From positions 45,711 to 109,710 of the forward strand of contig CACNUA010000001.1 of the NCBI GenBank assembly GCA_902623535.1: 64,000 bases of DNA, given 5' to 3'. The stretch's first letter is position 1. Each line of letters opens with the position of its first letter. Origin of the DNA: an uncultured SAR86 cluster bacterium (GTDB lineage Bacteria > Pseudomonadota > Gammaproteobacteria > Magnimaribacterales > D2472). Positions 24,915-32,874 of this stretch are shown here, in pieces. Both the position numbers and the translations under genes were made by a program. The notes beneath the pieces were generated by a model, which ran no database searches, was not told the origin of the DNA, and was given only the letters and a program-made list of their open reading frames with translations.

Positions 24915-27294
24915 TACAATCAAGAAGGTCGGACTAAATTTATTACTATTCATTACAGGATTTGCATTAATCTTGGTTTCATTTGTATTTCTTTCAATAA
25001 ATAGATTTCCTGAAGCGAGCCTTAACTATATTGATGATTATTTCTTAGTTGATTTTGATATAAATTATGAAGCAATAAAAAAAACAGGCTCAATACTTTC
25101 TCCAAAACTCAGCTTCACTGAAATAAGCATTTTGAACAATTCAAATAAAAGAATATTTAATGCTGAAGAAATTACTTTCTCGATCAGAGTTCTAAGCTCA
25201 ATTATTTTTTTTGGCCCTAAGTTAAGCGAAATTACTCTCAGGATGGGTGGCCAGGAATTTTTTTCTAGGGAGCTTAATTTTGATAAAAACAAATTAAATT
25301 TTTCATATTTAAATTATCAGTTTCTTTCCAATTCGGTGAATTTAGATACCGGAGATATCTACTTTGAAAAAGGTAAGTTAGTTTTAAATGCTATAAGCGG
25401 AAATTTTAATAACATATCTGGTATAGATTTTAGGGTTGGCATTGATGTTGCTTCAGGCCAAATATATTTTTCGTCAAAGCATTCACCAAACAAAAAAGAA
25501 TTAAATATTATTAGCGAGCTTATTAATTTTGACTTGAAGAATCTATCAATAGATCCATTCATGACTATTCTTGAATCAGGATTTTATAACTTTCGCTCTA
25601 AAGAGCTAAAGCATTTAATTGAGATTTCTAATGTTAAAGGAAGACCATTTTTGCTACAAAATCATTCTTTGAGGCTTATGAATGCAAACTTGAGCATCAA
25701 GGATTTACAAAACCTTGATGGGATAATCTTCTTTAATCTTGATGACCAAAAAAATATAAAAGCTAATTTATTAGGCTATGAATTAAGACAAAACCCAAAT
25801 ATTCAACTCAAAACAAATATCAGTCTAGATCCTAAAAGATTTTATGCTAATCAAGATTTCCTCCAGCTAAATGGCAAAAGCAAAATTAACCTAAGCATAA
25901 TTTTTTCAAACGATTCAATCACCGCATTTGCAAAGACAAATTTTATTGGTACATCATTTAATTCACCTTTTACTTACATCCGTAAAAAATCAAACGAATC
26001 TTATAAAACTGACATAATTTATGATCATAAAATGCGATCTTTAAAAATTACTAATAACAAGTTGGAAGTTTATATCCCTGATTTAACTCAGAAATCGGCT
26101 TTAATTAATTTAGGAAAGAAAAATATAATTCCTGTAAATGATTTAATCCCTAATCAATATGATCTGTTTGCTAAGCTTGATTCATTTAATACAGATGAAT
26201 TGTTCAATTTCTTGTCATCACGAAAGCTTGGAACAAATCAAACTATATTAAACATTGATTTTGATATACAGGAACTTTCTTTTTTTAAGCAAAAATACCT
26301 AAATCAAAAGGGCAGAGTTAATGTTAAAAATGGCTTGTTCAATATTCAGCTGAGCGGCGAAAAAATATTTGGAAAAATTTTTAATGATTCAACAAACTTC
26401 ATAAAGGCTGAGATAAATGGCTTAGACTTTATTTATGACCTCAATGCTTTGAATTCTGAATCAAAAGCATTAAGTGATTTAAACCTTAGACTCATACTTT
26501 CAAATTCAAATATTAATAATATATTTTTTGATGATCTCTCAGTATATATCCAAAAATCCGGTTCCAAACTTGGTATAAATAACATTCAATTATCATCAAG
26601 AATGATTAAAACATACGGTGGGAATCCAGAGGGGAACAATTTTTTTTATGATTCAAAGAAAGATTTCTATCGTTTTAAAGGTAAATACATTATTGAGGAT
26701 TTAAATTTTAATCCTCTAAATTTTAATGATAATTTTAAATTAGGTTATGCAAATTTAGACTTAAATTTCCAATTCAAAAATATTAAAAATTTAAACAGCT
26801 TAGAAGGTGAGGGAAAGTTATTATTTAAAGATCTTACCTGGGACACTTTTGTACCAAATTCAGCAGCACTAAATCTTTTGGGAGTATTTAATTTAAAAAA
26901 TATAATCGGAAAGGTTGCTAATTTAGATCTTAGTTTGGATGAGTATGCTCAAACAAAGATTGATCGATTAGAAATATATCCAATTGCTGCCAAAAATTAT
27001 GTTCGACTAAATGAAACAATGACAATTGAAACAAACTCATCAAAAATGATGTGGAGAGGCCTGATTCAAAAAGATAATTCGGGTAACTTTGATGAATTAG
27101 ATCTTAGCTTAGATGTGCGCTTACGCATTACAGAAAATCTTCCATGGTATGCTGGAATTTTTGTGGGGCTTCCAGCAGCGGCTGGAGCTCTTTTTTTTAA
27201 TGAAGTCTTCCAAGAAGACTTATCAGATGCATCAACAATCCAATTTGATGTAAAAGGTCCAATCAATAATCCTGTTCTTGAAAGAATTAATTAA
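24907..27294 (+). CDS. YhdP/AsmA-like large envelope protein (795 aa), N-terminal membrane anchor
   Basis: N-terminal TM helix (LNLLLFITGFALILVSFVFL), a long Asn/Lys/Ile-rich beta-prone body and the C-terminal block STIQFDVKGPINNPVLERIN. It lies downstream of mreBCD, where yhdP sits in enterics (after maf and rng). Family assignment rests on architecture and synteny only. Confidence 0.5.
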   Translation: MLNTIKKVGLNLLLFITGFALILVSFVFLSINRFPEASLNYIDDYFLVDFDINYEAIKKTGSILSPKLSFTEISILNNSNKRIFNAEEITFSIRVLSSIIFFGPKLSEITLRMGGQEFFSRELNFDKNKLNFSYLNYQFLSNSVNLDTGDIYFEKGKLVLNAISGNFNNISGIDFRVGIDVASGQIYFSSKHSPNKKELNIISELINFDLKNLSIDPFMTILESGFYNFRSKELKHLIEISNVKGRPFLLQNHSLRLMNANLSIKDLQNLDGIIFFNLDDQKNIKANLLGYELRQNPNIQLKTNISLDPKRFYANQDFLQLNGKSKINLSIIFSNDSITAFAKTNFIGTSFNSPFTYIRKKSNESYKTDIIYDHKMRSLKITNNKLEVYIPDLTQKSALINLGKKNIIPVNDLIPNQYDLFAKLDSFNTDELFNFLSSRKLGTNQTILNIDFDIQELSFFKQKYLNQKGRVNVKNGLFNIQLSGEKIFGKIFNDSTNFIKAEINGLDFIYDLNALNSESKALSDLNLRLILSNSNINNIFFDDLSVYIQKSGSKLGINNIQLSSRMIKTYGGNPEGNNFFYDSKKDFYRFKGKYIIEDLNFNPLNFNDNFKLGYANLDLNFQFKNIKNLNSLEGEGKLLFKDLTWDTFVPNSAALNLLGVFNLKNIIGKVANLDLSLDEYAQTKIDRLEIYPIAAKNYVRLNETMTIETNSSKMMWRGLIQKDNSGNFDELDLSLDVRLRITENLPWYAGIFVGLPAAAGALFFNEVFQEDLSDASTIQFDVKGPINNPVLERIN

Positions 27295-28645
27295 CTAAAA
27301 ATATAGTTGCTAAGCCTAGAAAAGAAAAAAATCCAACTACATCCGTAACAGTTGTTACAACAACACTACCTGCAATCGCAGGGTCTTGATTTAATCTTCT
27401 TAATATTACCGGAACAATCATTCCAGCTACTACAGAGCTAATTAAGTTAATAGTCATTGCAACACATATCAAAATAGAGATCATTGCCTCTTGAAACCAA
27501 AGGAAGGTAATACCACCAATTGCAACAGAAAGAACTACACCATTAATAATTGAAACAACAAGTTCTCTTTTAAAAAGCCATCTAATATTAGCTTTGTTTA
27601 TTTGTTGAAGAGTAAGACCTCTTATAACAATTGTAAGAGTTTGTGTTGCAGCAACTCCACCCATGCTGGCAACAATTGGCATTAGTACCGCAAGGTAAAC
27701 CAACTTATCAATGGTGCTCTCAAAAAGATTAATCGTCATTGCAGCAATAAATGCAGTTATTAAATTAATCGCAAGCCAAACAACTCTCGACCTTGCTGCT
27801 CTTGCAGGAGCTGCAAATGTATCTTCAGCAATCCCTGTGATACTCATTAAGTTTTGATCAGCATCTTCTCGAATTACATCGACAACGTCATCTATGGTAA
27901 TTCTTCCAACTAATTTAGAATGTTCATCTATGACCGGAGCAGAGATTAAATCATTTTGTTCAAACAAAATTGAAACCTCTTTATCATTCATATTTGCATC
28001 TATTGGCAGTGAATCTGTTTCCATTAATTCTCTGACACTTAAAGTTGGTTCAGAAACAAGTATTTTTGAAATAGATAAATCTCCAAGATACTGATCATTT
28101 TTTGAAACAACAAAAATCTTATCTGTATTTTTAGGAAGAGCTTTCTTTAATCTTAGATATCTCATTACAACCTCGAGGCTGTGTCGTGGTCTTACACTGA
28201 TAATATCAGTATTCATTAAGCCTCCAGCAGAATCCTCAGGATAATCCATAACCGTCCTGAATTTTTCTCTATCAAGTGAAGATACTTTTGACAAAAACTC
28301 ATCTACCTGACGCTGAGGCAGCACCTGAAGAATATCTACAATATCATCGAACTCTAAGTTTGAGATTATTTCAATCAGATCACCTGAATCGATTTTTAAA
28401 AGAAGCTCCTGCTGAATTTCATCATGCAGCTCGGTAAGTATTTCTCCCTCCTCGTCATGATCAAGAAGTGACCATATCAATTTTCTTTGATAAGGAGGTG
28501 ATGACTCTATCGCATGCGCTATCTCTGATGGGTTCATCGCATCGAGCTGAAGCTTAATCTGATTTATAGAAAAAGATTTATCAGTTTCATCTAAGGCATT
28601 AATTAGCTCAGATGATAGTTCTGATGAAGAATTAGCTTCTTTCAT
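27287..28645 (-). CDS. mgtE: Magnesium transporter MgtE
   Basis: MgtE N-domain (PSEIAHAIESSPP), tandem CBS region, and a C-terminal 5-TM domain with VTDVVGFFSFLGLA. The start could instead be the internal Met about 36 codons in. Confidence 0.9.
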   Translation of the reverse strand: MKEANSSSELSSELINALDETDKSFSINQIKLQLDAMNPSEIAHAIESSPPYQRKLIWSLLDHDEEGEILTELHDEIQQELLLKIDSGDLIEIISNLEFDDIVDILQVLPQRQVDEFLSKVSSLDREKFRTVMDYPEDSAGGLMNTDIISVRPRHSLEVVMRYLRLKKALPKNTDKIFVVSKNDQYLGDLSISKILVSEPTLSVRELMETDSLPIDANMNDKEVSILFEQNDLISAPVIDEHSKLVGRITIDDVVDVIREDADQNLMSITGIAEDTFAAPARAARSRVVWLAINLITAFIAAMTINLFESTIDKLVYLAVLMPIVASMGGVAATQTLTIVIRGLTLQQINKANIRWLFKRELVVSIINGVVLSVAIGGITFLWFQEAMISILICVAMTINLISSVVAGMIVPVILRRLNQDPAIAGSVVVTTVTDVVGFFSFLGLATIFLVN

Positions 28646-29906
28646 TAATATTTTTAATTTTGGATGAATCGACTTCGAGACGCATAGATTTTTGTCGATA
28701 CTTATTAATTGTTCTTCTTGCTAATCCGTACCCTTTTTTGTTGAGTAGATTTGTAATCATTTGATCACTTAACTTTTTTTGAGAAGATTTAATTAATAAG
28801 TCTATCTCTCTAATTAAATTTCTTGACGTAATTTTTTTAGATTTAGAAACAGATGGAGCTAAAAGTGATTTCATGGGCAGGAGACCATCATCATATTGGA
28901 TATATTTTGCTCGAATAATTCTTGATACTGTCGAGGTTGAGAGATTAAGCTCTTTTGCAATTTCCTTGCCTGAAAGAGGCTCGAGATCTATTGAATTTTT
29001 TGTTAAAAATTTAATTTGTTTTTCGCAAATTAGTGTACCTATTTTTGATAGATTTTTATTCCTAGTTTCAACTGCCTTTATGAACCATTTAGCCTCATGA
29101 ACCTTATCTTTAATCTTTTGTGAAACTGATTTCTCTTTTTTAAATGTCTCATATAGTTCGAGGTCAAACCCTAAGGTTGGCATGTCATTTTCAATTAGTT
29201 TAATCTCTAACCTCGTATTGGCACCATTTACCGCAATATCAGGACGTATGAATTCATTTTTTGAAAAATTCATTCCAGGACTTAAGTCACATTTCTTTAT
29301 AAAATTAATTACATCCCTTATCTTTTTTTTCTCAAAATTATTGCCTAATTCATCCTCTAATTCCTGAAAATTAAAGTTTTCTGATTTAGTCAAGATTGCA
29401 TCTACAATTTTTTGCATTTCAATATCAGAAACTTTTTTATCAACTTGTATTTTAATTATCTCTTTAAAATCCCTAGCTCCAACACCTAGTGGATTAAGCT
29501 TTTGAACAACGTATATTAAATTTTCTAAAATTTTTGTTTGTGAGTACTTAAATTCTAAAATATCTTCTAGTTCCTCAAGCTCATCAATTAACATTCCATT
29601 TTCATCCAATGAATATATTAATGCTTGACAGATTTCTTCATCTTCTTTTTCTAGTGAAAGATCAAAAATTTGCTTGAGCAGATGTTCTTGCAAATTAATT
29701 TCTTCTGAAAATTTTTCGTGATCTAATTCAAAAAATTCTTCATTTTCTTTAATATTTTTAATGAATGGATTTTCATCTTGATGATGTTTTATTTCTTCAA
29801 GCAATTCAAATTTTGATAGTTGTAGCAATTCAATTGATTTTCGAAGGGAGGGTGTCATCGCCAAAATTTGGCTCTGTTTTAATGTTTTAACTAACTTGAT
29901 CGACAT
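28632..29906 (-). CDS. rpoN: RNA polymerase sigma-54 factor
   Basis: Region I LKQSQILAMTPSLRKSIELLQLSKFELLEEI, HTH LNLSTSTVSRI and RpoN box ARRTINKYRQ. Confidence 0.93.
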   Translation of the reverse strand: MSIKLVKTLKQSQILAMTPSLRKSIELLQLSKFELLEEIKHHQDENPFIKNIKENEEFFELDHEKFSEEINLQEHLLKQIFDLSLEKEDEEICQALIYSLDENGMLIDELEELEDILEFKYSQTKILENLIYVVQKLNPLGVGARDFKEIIKIQVDKKVSDIEMQKIVDAILTKSENFNFQELEDELGNNFEKKKIRDVINFIKKCDLSPGMNFSKNEFIRPDIAVNGANTRLEIKLIENDMPTLGFDLELYETFKKEKSVSQKIKDKVHEAKWFIKAVETRNKNLSKIGTLICEKQIKFLTKNSIDLEPLSGKEIAKELNLSTSTVSRIIRAKYIQYDDGLLPMKSLLAPSVSKSKKITSRNLIREIDLLIKSSQKKLSDQMITNLLNKKGYGLARRTINKYRQKSMRLEVDSSKIKNINERS

Positions 29907-29909
29907 GAA

Positions 29910-30626
29910 CTATTCAAAAGAAGAGCCTAAGTATTTCTCCTTAGCTAAAGAATTACTAACAATTTCTGCTTTAGTACCTGCTAAAAATATTGATCCATCA
30001 GCCATAAGATACGACTTATCACATATTTTAAGTGTCTCTCTGACATTATGATCTGTTATCAGAATTGAAATACCCATAGTTTTGATATGTGACAGTAAAT
30101 CTTTAATTTCGTCAACAGCTATTGGGTCAATACCGGAGAACGGCTCATCTAGCAATAGTAGTTTTGGACTTCCAATAAGAGTTCTAGCAATTTCAGTTTT
30201 TCTTCTTTGTCCTCCTGATAGTTCTCTTCCTTTTTTATGAATAATTTTTTTTAAATTGAAAGTATGGATAATCTCATCTACTGTCATTAGATTTGGTTGT
30301 TTTGATAGCTCATCAATACCATTAAGGTTTTCTATTACCGAAAGATCGCTGAACAAAGAGGGCTCTTGAGGAAGATATGCTAATCCGTGATTAGCACGCT
30401 TATGAATTGGAAGGTTATGAATTTCATTTTCTTGAAAGAAGATTTTTCCACTGTTTATTTTCACAATACCTGCTATAGCAGAAAAAGTAGATGTCTTGCC
30501 TGCTCCATTTGGACCCAATAAACCAACTATCTGATTTTTATTAACCGCTAGGGATATGTTTTGGATTATTAATTTTTCAACGACTTTGATGGAAATTTTT
30601 TCGCATGACATGAGAACACCTTCCAT
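29910..30626 (-). CDS. lptB: LPS export ABC transporter ATPase LptB
   Basis: Walker A GLLGPNGAGKTS, ABC signature LSGGQRRK, Walker B LLLLDEPF. Located between lptA and rpoN. The start may be the ATG at 30626 (TAATG coupling with lptA) or Met6. Confidence 0.9.
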   Translation of the reverse strand: MEGVLMSCEKISIKVVEKLIIQNISLAVNKNQIVGLLGPNGAGKTSTFSAIAGIVKINSGKIFFQENEIHNLPIHKRANHGLAYLPQEPSLFSDLSVIENLNGIDELSKQPNLMTVDEIIHTFNLKKIIHKKGRELSGGQRRKTEIARTLIGSPKLLLLDEPFSGIDPIAVDEIKDLLSHIKTMGISILITDHNVRETLKICDKSYLMADGSIFLAGTKAEIVSNSLAKEKYLGSSFE

Positions 30627-31024
30627 TAATTAGACCCTCCTAGCTGGTAGAGTATTTTTTTAGATTTAAGCTCTCCATTTGGAGTTCTAAGAACTGCCTC
30701 ACCTATTAATGTTATTTCTTTTGCTGGAGTATATTTTATTTGTTTTGCTTCTCCAAAAATCTTTTCAGGATTATCAAGATTTATTCTTGCAGGATTTCCC
30801 TCAATGAAGATTACTTCTTCGTTCATAGAAATCATTGCAGTTGTTCCAGAAATTTGAAAATCATCAGAAGTCATGGATATCATTCCATCAAGAGATATTA
30901 TTTTCTTGCTTGGATCATAATCAATAACTTCAGCATTTATTTTGAATTCATTTTGATCAGCATTGACAACATGGCTAAATAAAATTACTGCCGTTAAACA
31001 AAAAAGCTCGGAAATAAACCTCAT
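30626..31024 (-). CDS. lptA: LptA/OstA-N-family periplasmic LPS transport protein (short, 132 aa)
   Basis: Cleavable signal peptide (AVILFSHVVNA-DQ) and a beta-jellyroll-like repeat pattern (ISLDGMISMTSDDFQISG...ITLIGEAVL). Lies immediately upstream of lptB. Confidence 0.6.
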   Translation of the reverse strand: MRFISELFCLTAVILFSHVVNADQNEFKINAEVIDYDPSKKIISLDGMISMTSDDFQISGTTAMISMNEEVIFIEGNPARINLDNPEKIFGEAKQIKYTPAKEITLIGEAVLRTPNGELKSKKILYQLGGSN

Positions 31025-31986
31025 ACAATGCCAAACTCTAAAAGCTGATGCATCGTTATGACAGAGGGTTGTTGCTCACTATTGAGAACATTGAGTGTAA
31101 AAATTTTATTCTTCTCCATGAGTTTTGCGGCATCAATGGCAAGATCATCTTCAGAAATGCTAATAAATTTTTTAGTCATAACACTTGATACAGAATTATT
31201 TTCAATATCAATTTCTTGATTTAATGCTCTTCTAAGATCTCCATCAGTAAATATCCCAACAACCTCCTTATTGTTAACAACAAGAGCCATTCCAAGCTTT
31301 TTTGTGGTGATTTCAAGAATTGTATCTTTTATGCTTGAGTCAATTTCAACGCATGGAACTTCATTTCCGTTAATAGAAAGGTCACCTACATATGTGGTTA
31401 ATTTCTTTCCTAATTCACCTGCAGGATGTGATTTTGCAAAATCTTCGCTAGAAAATTTTTTTTCTTCAATTAAAGAAATTGCCAATGCATCTCCAATTAC
31501 CATCGATGCAGTTGTTGAGCTAGTGGGTGCAAGATCATGTGGACAAGCTTCTTTTTCAACTTGAACCTTTAAGTGCACTGAAGATGCTTTTGCAATAGAG
31601 GAATTAGCATTACCCGTAATAGAAAAGATATCTGAAGTCATTCTCTTTAAGGCAGGCAAAATCGCAGCAACCTCATTTGTTTCACCAGAATTTGAAAAGA
31701 TTAATACTGCATCATCCTTAGCAATCATGCCAAGATCACCATGAGCTGCTTCAGTTGGATGAATAAAAAAAGAGGGTGTCCCAGTGCTCGCTAATGTTGC
31801 AGAAACTTTTTGGCCCACATGTCCTGACTTGCCGACACCCATAACAATCAACTTCCCTTTTAAGAGAGATATTCTTTTACAAATTTCTGCAAAAGATTTG
31901 TCAATTTGATTGGTCAGGGATGAAATCGAATTTGCTTGAATTTCAATAGTTTTTTTTGCCGAGTTGATGAATTTATTAGTGCTCAT
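31021..31986 (-). CDS. kdsD: Arabinose-5-phosphate isomerase (SIS + tandem CBS)
   Basis: SIS motif GKLIVMGVGKSGHVGQKVSATLASTGTPSFFIHPTEAAHGDLGM and C-terminal CBS pair. Confidence 0.88.
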   Translation of the reverse strand: MSTNKFINSAKKTIEIQANSISSLTNQIDKSFAEICKRISLLKGKLIVMGVGKSGHVGQKVSATLASTGTPSFFIHPTEAAHGDLGMIAKDDAVLIFSNSGETNEVAAILPALKRMTSDIFSITGNANSSIAKASSVHLKVQVEKEACPHDLAPTSSTTASMVIGDALAISLIEEKKFSSEDFAKSHPAGELGKKLTTYVGDLSINGNEVPCVEIDSSIKDTILEITTKKLGMALVVNNKEVVGIFTDGDLRRALNQEIDIENNSVSSVMTKKFISISEDDLAIDAAKLMEKNKIFTLNVLNSEQQPSVITMHQLLEFGIV

Positions 31987-32017
31987 ATTGAAATCTTAAC
32001 CTAACACTAATGTTATA

Positions 32018-32632
32018 ATGAAGAGAATGAAAAAAGTTTTTATCTACGCATTCTCAGTATTATTTTTAGTCTCTGCAAATACTAGTGAAATAAATCCCCA
32101 AAACTTTATAGATAGTAATGCTCAGTCCATGGTACAGATTATAATTAATAATCAAGATTTATTTGAATCTGATCCTGATCTTTTTAAAAAGAAAATTAAA
32201 GATGTCTTTGAACCCATGGTGGATTTTAGAAGAGTTTCAGCCAGTGTTATGGGTAAGGAAAATTATCTAAAGTCTTCAACTAGACAAAGATCACAATTTA
32301 TTGAAGTATTCAAAACCTCTTTGCTTGACACATATGCCTCTACTTTAGCTCAGTGGGGAGATCAAGAAATAGTTACTAATTTTTCTAATAAAACTACATT
32401 TGAAAAGATTGAAGATGTAAATCAGGAGCTGCTTACAGAGTCGAATTCTTATCCAATAACATACAAGGTTAGAAAATCAGGTGAAGGCTGGAAAATCATT
32501 AACATCATTGTTAATGGCGTAAATCTTGGACTAACCTTTAGAAATCAATTCAGGGCTCTTTCAGAAGAATTTAATGGTGATATTGATAAAGTAATTCTGA
32601 ACTGGACTTCAGATGCAAACATACCTGAATAA
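32018..32632 (+). CDS. mlaC: Phospholipid-binding periplasmic protein MlaC (Ttg2D family)
   Basis: Signal peptide followed by the Tol-tolerance-family pattern (FEPMVDFRRVSASVMGKENYLKSSTRQRSQFIEVFKTSLLDTYA). Position upstream of ibaG-murA. Confidence 0.75.
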   Translation: MKRMKKVFIYAFSVLFLVSANTSEINPQNFIDSNAQSMVQIIINNQDLFESDPDLFKKKIKDVFEPMVDFRRVSASVMGKENYLKSSTRQRSQFIEVFKTSLLDTYASTLAQWGDQEIVTNFSNKTTFEKIEDVNQELLTESNSYPITYKVRKSGEGWKIINIIVNGVNLGLTFRNQFRALSEEFNGDIDKVILNWTSDANIPE

Positions 32633-32874
32633 TGGATCATGAAAAAATTAAAAGTATTTTAGAGTCCAGCCTCGAGGACTCTAAGGTCATCCTGTCAAAT
32701 TCTGACTGCAACTTAACACTCACTATAGTTTCAGATAAATTTATTGGGCAAAAAGTACTCAATCGGCACAAAGAAGTTTTATCTCATCTCAAGGAATGTT
32801 TTTCATCAGGTGAGCTCCATGCATTAAGCATAAAGACTTTCACTAAAGAGGAATTCAGTCTTGGAAAAACTTAA
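32632..32874 (+). CDS. ibaG: BolA-family protein (IbaG-like)
   Basis: 80 aa with the SDKFIGQKVLNRHKEVLSHL...LHALSIKTFT BolA pattern. Lies immediately upstream of murA as in enterics and pseudomonads. Confidence 0.75.
   Translation: MDHEKIKSILESSLEDSKVILSNSDCNLTLTIVSDKFIGQKVLNRHKEVLSHLKECFSSGELHALSIKTFTKEEFSLGKT

Noticed and set aside
24907-27294. I considered whether the 795-aa Asn-rich protein is a novel adhesin, toxin or defence protein.
   Set aside because: It has a single N-terminal TM anchor and no secretion, repeat or enzymatic motifs. Its position after mreBCD and its C-terminal block fit an AsmA/YhdP-like envelope protein better, so it is reported as such with modest confidence.
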